A DNA stretch of 64,000 bases from positions 82,214,001 through 82,278,000 of the forward strand of contig CM059432.1 in NCBI GenBank assembly GCA_030390025.1. The letters are read 5' to 3'. This DNA is from Squalus acanthias (taxonomy: Eukaryota). Shown in pieces: positions 52,731-64,000 of the stretch. Position numbers and translations under genes: made by a program. Numbering within the stretch: position 1 is the first letter of the stretch; each line of letters opens with the position of its first letter. A model generated the notes under the pieces. The model was not told the origin of the DNA and searched no databases. It saw only the letters and a program-made list of their open reading frames with translations.

Positions 52731-54350
52731 TTATTTATTTGGACAACTATTTTAATCTTTAGTAATAACAGCTTTATTTTTAACAGCTTACATTGTGAGG
52801 TCAAAGCAAAGCACATTCCATTTCCATTGGAGGTTCATTTCATAACAGACTAGCCATGGTGGAAATATCACATACAGTTTTATTTTATTAGCATTGTGTG
52901 GAATGAGGGAACAAGAAGCTTATATTCCTTTTATAATTGTAATGTTTTACAACTCTCTATATAAATATATATTTAAATGTTCAGTGTTATGTAACTATGG
53001 ATAGACATGACCCAAAGTGCTACGAGAAATTCTCCCAAGCTTTCCATTGGCTGTTCAGTATGCAGAACTTTAGGTGCTTCAGCCTGTCCTACAGAGGGTC
53101 TCAAGATCTGTGACCTTTCCATTCCAAAAAGCCCTCATCATACACTCTTCACATTAATTCACCATTATAGAAGTTATGAGTACAGCAGTGTTTTCTTCTT
53201 ACAAAATATTTTGCACTTTCAGAATTCTTCACAATATATTTGCAGAATTTGGCCGCCAAGTATGGATGTATTAACAGTGCAGAGCATTGGCTCAGTAAGT
53301 TTTTCCAGCTGATCATTTTAGCTGTAATGTGTAAAGGAAATCTCATTCCGTGTTCTTCATGCTGTAACGTACTGTCACTTATCAGTTGTTTTTCTTCTAA
53401 AATTTTTTAGGGTTGTCTTTTTTTGCTTTTGAATTTTTACCTAGGCCTGTTTTGAAATTCTTCTTTAATGAAGGGACAAGATGAAGTCAACGTGCTGGAT
53501 TTTGTTTCACTTCATTACTTTTTCCTGTTACTTGGCACACATGCTTGCATAATGGAAAATGATATTAAAGGGGTATTGTCTTTGTGAAAATGTTTTGCAA
53601 ATTTGCTTTGTTGGGAGAGGGGGAAGAATCATCTGTCATTTTACCCTGACAACATTGAGTGCAACTGTCATAATGATGTACTTCTAATGAGATTAACGTC
53701 ACTGTGTGAATATGCATTAATAAATGGTTTGCAAGCACTTTTTCATGAATACGGTGCCCCTTTAAAATTAAAAAGTAGGCAAAACTACTTACAATATACT
53801 TGATGAGTAACTGTTTTGATAATTCTGTTTATAGTTTAAAAACCTTGTTTAACATCATCCCTAGATTCATTTGCATGAAGGTTTGTATAATGTGTGTAGG
53901 TTTTACAGTGGTCACAGATGTTTTCATTTTTTTATTATATGATGATAACATCATACATTTCCAAGCCAATGTAATCGATGTGCATAGGTTAGAGACATCA
54001 GAATAGTGCAATTCATGCTATTTTCTTCAAAGGGTAAAATTTGTATCAGTGTGTTATTTTTGTCTGTAATATACACTGGCCATACTATTTACTGTTGCTT
54101 GTTTCTGGATAGACTTGCAGTGATTAAACCACAATGCTTAATCCTTCTGTGAGAATGTAATTGTCATTAGTGATACAGAGTACTATCAACAAAAGGTACC
54201 AGAGTCAAAATTGAATTAAAATCTGAAGTTCACAACAGTGTATGTGTGATTATAGGTACCCTGCAATGACTTAAAGATTTGGTTACTATGTGTTAAAAGA
54301 TCCCCATATTCATTATTTCTATCAAAAGTCGCAAAGCATTCTAAACAATA

Positions 54351-54537
54351 GAGGGACTAATTTTATCTTTGGTGATAGTGTAAAATGGGCGATACCAAAT
54401 TGGCCGCCCCTTCTACGCCCTGTCTGATTTTTCCTTCCATTGATTTCAATGGAAAAGAAAATCGGGCGTGGTGTATAATGGATGTCTAATTCAATATTGC
54501 CCATTTTACACTAGCACCCAAAGTTAAAATTACTCCC
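54351..54537. mobile_element. Palindromic Harbinger-like MITE
   Basis: Homologous to 28693-28878. Confidence 0.7.
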
Positions 54538-55119
54538 ATAGGTTTTACTAGAAATAATAATCAGGAACAATTTTTACTAGATTATGGCACAATCAAATAG
54601 CGGCCAATGGAATATACAACTTCAATCTTTTCTTTTGAATTCCAATGAGAATTAGAAACTGAGCTTCACTCGCATAAAATATGACATCACATAAGTCACT
54701 CATTCAGATCACTGCTGCTGTTGCTCCCAGGTATCCATTATTTTTCCTCTAACACTTGTGGATTAACCTATAGCTGTTGACACTGGATTGTGTAAGTTTA
54801 TGGAAAAATGAATCCAAATCAGATCAAAGCCTATGATTGACTTGCAATTGGTTCTGTAATTGGATTATTTTAATTTTCTTCTTTATAAGAATTACCTCAT
54901 GCAATTCTTAAAAACAGAAAAAAAATAGCAAAACCTGGAAGTCAAATTAAAAACAGAGAATGATGAAAATGCACAGCAGGTCAGTTAGCATTTGTAATGA
55001 GAAAAGATAGGATATGACGGTCTGATACAGGGTTGCACTCTCCTGCGTTCTGATGAGCGGTGCATACCCAAAACGTCATAGCCTGTCTTTTCTCTTTACA
55101 GAGACTGACTAACCTAGTA

Positions 55120-55544
55120 CAGGAAACTTTCGTTTATCCGGCACCCAAATATCCGGAATTCTCGCTTAACCGGCAAAAATCATCCTCCGAAAACGCCTCT
55201 CAAATAACCGGCAATGTTGCCGAGTCGCAGTCGAGTCTCTGCGAACGCCGAGTGCTCCGAAAAATCCTCTCAAATAACCGGCAATGTTGCCGATCCCGAG
55301 TCCGAGTCAGAGTCCGCGAACGCCGATTTAGTCAGTAGGGGTACTTTTCAAAAGTGCCACTATTCGGCCTCCTGGCGCTGTTGCAAGTCCGAAACATTGC
55401 AGTAGCATGAGTAGATTCTCCCGTGCTGCTTGGAGTCTCTTTGTTAAAAATAGCCTCGGTAGATATAACTCTCTGTTATCCGGTACTTTCGATAAACCGG
55501 CACCACGCCGGTCCCGTCGATGCCGGATAAACGAAAGTTTCCTG
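55120..55544. mobile_element. 425-bp Tc1/mariner (pogo/Tigger-like) MITE, copy 2
   Basis: Same 24-bp TIRs; TA TSD at 55118-55119 and 55545-55546; no differences seen versus 189-613. Confidence 0.9.
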
Positions 55545-56700
55545 TATGTATTTCCAGCATTTTCTGTTTTTATCTCACACAATTTATTTGTTTTTCATGC
55601 ATTTTGTTTTGTTTCAAACCGCAATGAATCACATATAAGGGTAGAAAATGGACCTTGTGTCCACTTTACAGGCGTAAAGCGGGTGCAACAAGGCCTAATC
55701 TTGGGGACTAACGTCCTGTTCCCCAAGAACACCTGAAAAACGTCTGACATGAAATTGAGTCAGGCCATTTTTCAGGCACTCCTGGTGGCCACCTAAAACA
55801 GACTTTAGGTGAGGTACATATGGAAATGAGGGGCCTAATGCCTGTTTCAGGTCCCATCACAGAAATTGAGCAACAATGAGCAGGCCAGGCATTGGGCTTG
55901 CCCCACGCAAGATTCTTCTACAGCCGCCAGTTAAAATTAGGTTTTTTGTAATGCAAAATGTAACAGAACTTCTCTGTGGAGCCAGGAGGAGCAGGAGTGC
56001 TCCGCTGACTCCATAGTCGTTGGAGATTGCTCCAGAAAAATACTGCCGGCCACTGCCGCTCACTCACATAATAGCCAAGAAATTGTTGTCGGCGTATTAT
56101 TCATGGGTAAACTACATTGCTAAAGGTTTTGGGGCGAATGTGCAACTGCTGGTTTACCCACAAGATTGCTGTTTTCAGTTTGTGGCTAAAACTGGCGAAA
56201 TTTTCTCTCATGCAGTTGGCCAGTCAATAAGAAGGGGCAGTGCTAAAACTCTAACTCAACCATGAACTGCAATTATGAGCTGAATAATGCATCTGTGGCC
56301 TTCTTGAGACAACGGTGGCTAGCAAACTGGCTGATATTACAGATGTCCCTCACAATAACCTCAAGGGAACATAGTGAAAGGCATAGTCACCCTGGCAGTT
56401 GGAGGTTGTCTGTAGGTCTTCTTCTAATCCAGTGCCTGAGCCACCAATATCCAAACACACCAGTTGCCTTGATGCCCAGCTCATCAAGGCTCCTCCTCCT
56501 ATTGCCTCTGAAATCCAAAGTAATCGAATATAATTCCACCATTTTGGTGTTTCAACACAGGTGTGTTATTAACCTAGACTGGCTGTTCTGCACGTGCACC
56601 CACCCTTAGATGCAGCAGCACAGGTACCAACATATCCCATAAAATATTTGATCCCCTCCATCTATTGTTATCCCTATAATCTTTAATTCCATTCTATAGC

Positions 56701-59700
56701 CACTAAACTGCTGACCACCCAACTTCCTTTTCTGGCTCCCATGTTAGCCGATATTGTTAACAGTTCTCTCTCCTCAAGTACTGTCCCCCTCTCCTTCAAA
56801 TCTGCCGTCATCACCCCTCCTCAAAACAACAAACCTCGATCCCCTCCGTCCTTGCAAACTACGCCCCCCATTTCCCACCTCCCTTTCCTCTCCAAAGTTC
56901 TTGAACGTGTTGTCACCTCCCCAATCCGTGCCCATCTTTCCCAAAACTCTATATTTGAATCCCTCCAATCAGGTTTCCACCCTGACACAGTACCGAAATG
57001 GCTCTTATCAAAGTCACAAATTACATCCTATATGACCATGACAAAGTTAAACTATCCCTCCTTGACTTCTCGACCTGTCTGCAGCCAATGGCACGGTTGA
57101 TCACACCATCCTCCATAATGCCACAACATTTCTGCAGCTACTGATCTGCTCAACTTCACCCTCACCACCACCTTTGATGCCCTAGTCCCCATTAAAACCA
57201 TTACTCTCTCTCACCCTGGCCGTTCCCCCTGGTATGGCCCTCATTTCTGCTCCCTTAAGTCCAAGGGACGCAGACTTGAACGGATATGGCGGACAACTGG
57301 TTTAGCCATTCACTGCCAGATCTGGCTGAACCACATAAAGCATTATCGGGTCCTGCTCTCGTCTGCCAAAACTGCTCACTATTCCAGAATCATTCTGGAA
57401 TGCAAAGATAACCCCCGGCTTCTTTTCTCTACTGAAAACCATCTTTTAAACCCCTCTCCCCTGTCTCCTTTACCCTTACCTCCAACAACAAGTGCGAGGA
57501 GCTCATGAACTTCTTTTTCACTGATTGAGACCATCTGATCAGCTGCCTCTGCCACTTCCCTTCCTTCCCCTAGCCCACCGGGCCAAACTTCCTCTAAGGT
57601 TGCCCCCTGCCCTAGCCCTGAACTCGTATCTTTCTCCAGTTTCTCTCCGATCTCCCCTCATGCCCTCTCCGAGCTCATCTTGTCCATGAGGCCCACTTCC
57701 TGCTCCCTCAACTCTATACCCACTAAACTGCTGACCACCCAACTTCCTTTTCTGGCTCCCATGTTAGCTGATATTGTTAACAGTTCTCACTCCTCAGGTA
57801 CTCTTCCCCTCTCCTTCAAATATGCCGTCATCACCCCGCTCCTCAAAAAAACTCTTGACCCCTCCATCCTTGTAAACTACCACCCCATGTCTGACCTCTC
57901 TTTCTTCTCCAAAGTCCTTGAATGTGTTGTCGCCTCCCAAATCCGTGCTCATCTTTCCCAGAACTCCATGTTTGAATCCCTCCAATGAGGTTTCCGTCAC
58001 TGCCACAGTACCGAAACGGCTCTTATCAAAGTCACAAATGACATCCTTTGTGACCGTGACAAAGGTACACTATCCCTCCTTGTCCTTCTCGACCTGTCTG
58101 CAGCCTTTGACACGGTTGACCACACCATCCTCCTCCAATGCCTCTCCACCGTCGTCCAGCTGGGTGGGACTGCACTGGCCTGGTTCCATTCTTATCTATC
58201 TAATCGTAGCCAGAGAATCCATGGCTTCTTTTCCCACTCTTGCATTGTTACCTCTGGTGTCCCCCAAGGATCTATCCTTGCCCCCCCCCCCACCCCCTCC
58301 TATTTCTCATCTACATGCTGCCCCTTGGCAACATCATCTGAAAACACAGCATCAGTTTCCACATGTACGTTGACGACACCCAGCTCTACCTCACCATCAC
58401 TTTTCTCGACCCCTCCACGGTCTCTAAATTGTCAGACTGCTTGTCCAACATCCAGTACTGGATGAGCAGAAATTTCCTCCAAATAATATTGGGAAGACTG
58501 AAGTCATTGTCTTCGGTCCCCGCCACAAACTCCGTTCCCCAGCAACTATCTGAGGCTGAACCAGACTGTTCGCAACCTTGCTGTCATATTTGACCCTGCA
58601 ATGAGTTTCCAACCACATATCCACACCATCACTTAGAACGCCTATTTCCACCTTCGTAACATCGCCTGACTCCGCCCCTGCCTCAGCTCATCTGCTGCTG
58701 AAACCCTCATCCATGCCTTTGTTACCTCTAAACTTGACTATTCCAATGCACTCCTGGCCGGCCTCCTACATTCTATCCTCCATAAACTTGAGGTGATCCA
58801 AAACTCGGCTGCCTGTGCCCTAACCCGCACCAAGCCCCGTTCACCCATCACCCCTGTGCTCGCTGACCTACATTGACTCCTGGTTAAGCAACGGCTCAAT
58901 TTTAAAATTCTCATCCTTGTTTTCAAATCCCTCCATGGCCTCGCCCCACCCTATTTCTGTAATCTCCCACAGCCCCACACCCTCCGAGATATCTGCGTTC
59001 CTCTAATTCTGGCCTCTTGAGCACCCCTGATTTTAATCGCTCAACCATTGGTGGCCGTGCCTTCAGCTTCCAAGGCCCTAAGCTCTGGAATTCCCTCCCT
59101 AAACCTCTCCTCCTCTCTACCACTCTTTCCTCCTTTAAGACACTCCTTAAAACCTTCCTCTTTGACCAAGTTTTTGGTCATCTGCCCTAACATCTCCTTA
59201 TGTGGCTCGTGTCAAAGTTTGTTTTAAAAAAGAAAGAAAGACTTGCATTTATATAGCGCCTTTCACGACCACCGGACATCCCAAAGCGCTTTACAGCCAA
59301 TGAAGTACTTTTTGAAGTGTAGTCGCTGTTGTAATGTAGGAAACGCTGCAGCCAATTTGCGCACAGCAAGCAGCAATGTGATAATGACCAGATAATCTAT
59401 TTTTATGATGTTGATTGAGGGATAAATATTGGCCAGGACACTGGGGAGAACTCCCCTGCTCTTCTTCGAAATAGTGACATGGGATCGTTTACGTCCACCT
59501 GAGAGTGCAGATAGGACCTCAGTTTAACGTCTCATCTGAAAGATAGCACCTCCAACAGTGCAGCACTTCCCTGGAGGGTCAGCCTAGATTTGTTGTGCTC
59601 AAGTCTCTTGGAGTGGGTCTTGAACCCACAACCTTCATAGACTCAGAGGTGAATGTGCTACCAACTGAGCCATGGCTCACACTAAGAATGCTCCTGTGAA

Positions 59701-59757
59701 GCGCCTTGGGACGTTTTACTATGTTAAAGGTGCCATATAAATACAAGTTGTTGTTGT
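56701..59757 (+). mobile_element. L2-clade LINE (degenerate), with a duplicated 5' piece and a SINE in its 3' UTR
   Basis: [45 protein letters not shown]-type motifs; tail aaatacaagttgttgttgt. Confidence 0.88.
59235..59680 (-). mobile_element. DeuSINE inserted antisense in the L2 3' UTR
   Basis: Reverse complement is homologous to 43215-43670. Confidence 0.8.
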
Positions 59758-60121
59758 AGAAGTTTAGCAATTCTGATCTATTCCTAGTCGGAAATCAAGA
59801 ATGGGTCATTTTCAATAAACACTGGTAGAGGATCACTAAAAAGCTGCTCTGCACATGTAGAATATTTGTACCAAGGATCAGAATCACTGGGAGGTATGTG
59901 AGCCCTTGTTTAAGGAATTTGAGCTAGGCCTGAAATACTTACACATTTAGAAGTCAGATGCTTGTTAAACAATTATAGCTATTTTAGGCTGGTGCCTTAA
60001 TACAAACAAGCAGTACTGCATTAGTATATTGAGCATCAGAGTCTCATGACTCCTCTGATCCCATCCCTTTTCCGAGATGCATTTCTTTTTAATGTGCTTG
60101 TTTTTGTATGTGCTTCTCATG

Positions 60122-62525
60122 TAGGGTTGCCAACACTTGTTGGACCTATTCCTGGAGGTTTCATCACATGACCACCCACCTCCAACTGCCCTGCCTAGTC
60201 AAACAGTCTTTCTTATCCCCCTCTCCAATAAATTTATAAATAATAAACAAAAGTGCTCAAAGAAAATAAGAAAAACACATAGGGCAAGAAATTCGTGGCC
60301 TTAGTGCCACTGGCGCTAACACGGCGGCCGCTGCTCTTTCCCAGCTGCTGGCAAGTCCCGCGGCAGCCACCGTTTTTGTCCTTACCTTTGCGCTGCCGGT
60401 AACTGGCAGTGCCATCTCCAACAAAATGGCGGCGTTGTGACGTAAATCGGCGTGCAACGCCAACTTTACGTCACAAGCGTGAATTTCGACCCTAGCGCTG
60501 ATTTCTAAGCATGTAATGTCTGCAGCTCTTAAAGGGACACACACATCATTCAAGTAAGTTTGGTTTAAGGTTTTGGACTTTTTTTTGACTTTATTGAAGT
60601 GGTGGCTTGCTGCAATAGATGTGAAAAGTTTTTTTAAGTGTGTAAGGAGTGCTGCTGGACGCTTGCAAGGGCTTGGATGGTAAATGAAGACCTTTGAGAA
60701 GACAGAACATGCTGCAAATACTCAGCAGGTCACGCAACATCCGCGGAGAGAAAAACAGAGTTCACGTCTCAGGTCGAGATGCTGCCTGACCAACTGAGTA
60801 TTTCCAGCATTTTATGCTGTAATTTCACATTTACAGCATCCGATTGCAGAAGGAAAAGGAAGACACAGAAGAGGCGGAAGCCGAAGAGGATGAAGCCGAA
60901 CAGGAGGAAGCAGAAGAGGAGGAAGCAGAAGAGGAGGAAGCAGATGGAAGGATGTATCCCAGACAGCCCCTTGGTGGCTGGGATATCCGGGATGGAATCA
61001 TCCGCCTGCGGTCCCAGTGACCACAACCCCAATTCCCCTTTCAACATTTATCCCACGCCTAACCTTTCATCTGTTACTGACCATCACAATGCCCTCTTGG
61101 CCACAATGCTGAAATAAAAGCCACCACAAAGCAAACTTTCCAATCCACCTATATACATCTATCCATCCAATGTGACATCAAGAAATCAACTCATCACCCA
61201 ATTGCATTCTCTTAGTGACTGTCTTGTGTGTGCCTTTGCCTATCCGACTGATGTCACACAGTGCTATCCCAGTATGGCTGGTGGAAGGCTGCTGACTTTC
61301 AATGGGCAACACTGCAAATGCCATTGCTGTTTGACCTTGAGGAGCTGGTGGCTGGGCGTGTCAAGTCAATCTTCTTCTTCTTCACTTTCCTCTCTCTCTT
61401 CTTGGTCACTCACTTGGGTGTGTGAAATGAGGGGGGCATAAGGGTGGAGTTGTGGTGATGGGAGGGCGGGAAAGCATGAGGTGCATGCCAGTAGGAGGAT
61501 AACGTATGAGATAACAGCATCTTGTATCCTTTCAGCCCCGCTGCTAGACAAGGGCTCAGCCATGCTTCTGCTAAGAATGGCCAGCGCCGTCTCCTCCAAG
61601 GAGGTGAGGTGAGGCTAGGAATGGGAGATGTGCCTCATGATTGGTGCAGATTGTTGGTAGGTGAGTGATTGGGGGTGGGGGGTCATGCATTGAGCAGTGT
61701 GTGAGGCTAGTGGTGCAGTTTGTAGATGACGGCTTTTGAAGATGCATTCACTGACCTGGACCAGTGGTCTGAGGTCATGAAGCTTCTTTGGGCACTGGAG
61801 CCAGGTGGTGGGGGTGACACTGCTGGCAATGATGGCCTTGGTGATGTGGTCCCACATCGTTCTTTCTGGAGGTCCTCCTGGCCCCTGTGGGTAGAGGGCC
61901 TGTCTTGCAGTGTTGACCAGCTGGAGCGCTGTGTGCGAGACCCTGGATGCCCTTTCCCTGGCTTATTGAGCCATTTGTGTTAGTACTGAGGCATTTTTCC
62001 CATTTTATGAGCTTAAGAAAGGAATTCAGCTTTAAGAGCTGAATATTCACCTTTGGGACTTCTTTTTAATGTTAAATATTTTTTTAAAGGCTGAAAGGGC
62101 TGAAAACTGCATTGTTTCACTGGATTTTAATTTATATTGCTTCAGAGTGCATGGCCCCTTTAATTCTCATGCCTCTTCATTGCCCACGATTCCAGAGGCT
62201 GTGCGAGGCTCGAACGCCGCACCTGGACAGGAACTTCGGGTCGGATGCCTCCAGCACGCCGCCAGGACGGCGTTGCACAGCAGGTAAGCGCTGCACCAAC
62301 GATCTCCGTGCCCCCCAGATGAACTTTGCTCCATTAACGTTGCGGCCATTTTCAGCGGCCGTTAACTCCAGTTGCCGGTGACACCGGCAAGTTCACTGGC
62401 TAAAACGAATTTCTCCCCCCGTAATTCCCCAATGATTTTCTCCCGGTTTGCTTGCAGCAGTGCCAAGTAGATTAATCTTTAATTCCTGGGGACTCCAAGA
62501 CAATCCTGGCAGGTTGGCAACCCTA
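60122..62525. mobile_element. Non-autonomous hAT-like element (TAGGGTTGCCAAC TIRs) hosting a Harbinger derivative
   Basis: 13-bp perfect TIRs; decayed 8-bp TSD ttctcatg / ttagcatg; related pieces at about 19070-19230 and 62571-63270. Confidence 0.72.
60282..62420. mobile_element. Non-autonomous Harbinger deletion derivative with Myb/SANT remnant
   Basis: TIR GGGCAAGAAATTCGT / ACGAATTTCTCCCCCC; WDHITKAIIASS..TWLQCPKKLHDL on the - strand; homologous to 7630-9110. Confidence 0.8.
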
Positions 62526-62846
62526 TTAGCATGAAGGCCGATTTTACAAAATCTCAATGAGAGTGTGGAGTAGGGTTAACAACCCTCCAGGAGTGTCCTG
62601 GAGTCTACAGGAATTGAAGATTCATCTCCAGGACACTCCTGTAGACTCCAGGACACTCCTGGAAGCATCCCAGGAGAAAAATCATATGGGTATTAAAAAA
62701 AATTGTGTTTTTTTCATTTTCTTTGAACACTTTCATGTATTAGTTGTAAAAATATTGGAGATGGGGAAGAAAGGTTGTTTCACGAACAGTCAAGATGAAT
62801 CTAATTGGTTAACAAACAGTCTGGTTTCCAATTGGTGTAGGGGGCG

Positions 62847-63210
62847 GTGAGCCTGGAGGATGGGCCAATGGCGGGAGTGTGGGGGGCAGTGAGCCTGGAG
62901 GATGGACCAATGGCGGGAGTGTGGGGAGCAGTGAGCCTGGAGGATGGGCCAATGGCGGGAGTGTGGGGGGCAGTGAGCCTGGAGGATGGGCCAATGGCGG
63001 GAGTGTGGGGGGCAGTGAGCCTGGAGGATGGGCCAATGGCGGGAGTGTGGGGGGCGGTGAGCCTGGAGGATGGACCAATGGCGGGAGTGTGGGGGGCAGT
63101 GAGCCTGGAGGATGGGCCAATGGCGGGAGTGTGGGGGGCGGTGAGCCTGGAGGATGGGCCAATGGCGGGAGTGTGGGGGGCAGTGAGCCTGGAGGATGGA
63201 CCAATGGCGG
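62847..63210. repeat. 42-bp G-rich minisatellite (about 8.5 copies) inside a hAT-like element (62571 to about 63270)
   Basis: Unit GTGAGCCTGGAGGATGG(G/A)CCAATGGCGGGAGTGTGGGGGGC(A/G). Confidence 0.95.
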
Positions 63211-63659
63211 GGTTGTTCGATCCGGGAGGTCATGTGATGAAATCTCCAGGAATACACCCAATCAGAGTTTCCCAGTACGTGCGACTTGTCATATTGGGGA
63301 ATTGCAGAAAATCGTGAGATCTGGCGTCTCCTGGCAGGCAAGACTCCCCGTCAGTAACACACATTCATAAAATTGGTCCTCCGGATAAATACAGTTAGAT
63401 ACACCAAACCGAATGCCTATCAGTTGATATCATGGCATGGGCACAGAAAGAGGAAAAGTTGTGGTTAAAAGTCTTTGAAAGTGCCAGCTTTGATTACTTA
63501 GAACACTGGGTCCTCTTTTTTTGTTGTGTGCAAGAACCGTGACAAGAACTAGAATGAGCTGAATGGCCTTCCTCATCCCTTGTGAACCAGGTGGATCGCT
63601 ACAAAGAAAGACTTGTACTTGTATAGCACCTTATCACATCTCTCAGAAGTGTCTCTAAG

Positions 63660-63892
63660 TGTCAGCTGTGGCTCAGTTGGTAGCACTCTCACCTCTGAGT
63701 CAGAAGGTTGTGGATTCATAGTCCCTTGAGCACATAAATCTAGGCTGATACTCCAGTACTGACGTAGTGCCGCACTGTTGGAGGTGCTGTCTTTCGGATG
63801 AGACATTAAACCGAGGCCCTGTCTGCACTCTCCGGTGGACGTAAAAGATCCCATGGCACTATTTCGAAGAAGAGCAGGCAAGTTATCCCTGG
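63660..63892 (+). mobile_element. DeuSINE 5' half, followed by a Penelope-like palindromic repeat running off the window end
   Basis: gtcagctgtggctcagttggtagcactctc head and Deu core; then cagaaaacgctggaaaaactcagcaggccaggcaacatc. Confidence 0.75.
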
Positions 63893-64000
63893 TATAACAA
63901 CAGAAAACGCTGGAAAAACTCAGCAGGCCAGGCAACATCCGTGGAGAGAGAAAGAGAGTTAACGTTTCAGGTCGAAACCCTTCGTCGGAACTGAAAGAGC

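Noticed and set aside
62790..63370. Repetitive ORFs on both strands
   Set aside because: Artefact of a 42-bp (multiple of 3) minisatellite

Overview
Vertebrate genomic DNA, most likely a cartilaginous fish (shark) judging from the repeat content: DeuSINE/SacSINE1-like SINEs, CR1, L2 and Harbinger families. The window holds the 3' half of the extracellular heparan-sulfate 6-O-endosulfatase gene SULF1 on the + strand. Eleven GT-AG exons run from 4126 to the canonical stop at 51850, with phases consistent throughout; the 5' exons lie upstream of the window. The introns are packed with transposon relics. The most notable observations are: (1) the last SULF1 exon is dual-frame, and skipping a 34-nt exon opens a 303-aa acidic, Ser-Gly/N-glycan-sequon-rich C-terminal extension; (2) a SULF2-type 54-nt cassette exon lies deep in a 22-kb intron; (3) a non-autonomous hAT (Charlie-like) element with an intact 8-bp TSD encloses a spliced, polyadenylated ATP5MC3-like cDNA, which carries an extra 82-nt segment at an expected exon junction, plus a second CpG-rich fragment (a Pack-TIR-like structure); (4) two apparently identical copies of a 425-bp Tc1/mariner (pogo/Tigger-like) MITE lie 55 kb apart; (5) a two-gene Harbinger relic shows four levels of nesting. 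All calls were made by eye, and repeat boundaries are approximate unless TIRs or TSDs are quoted.
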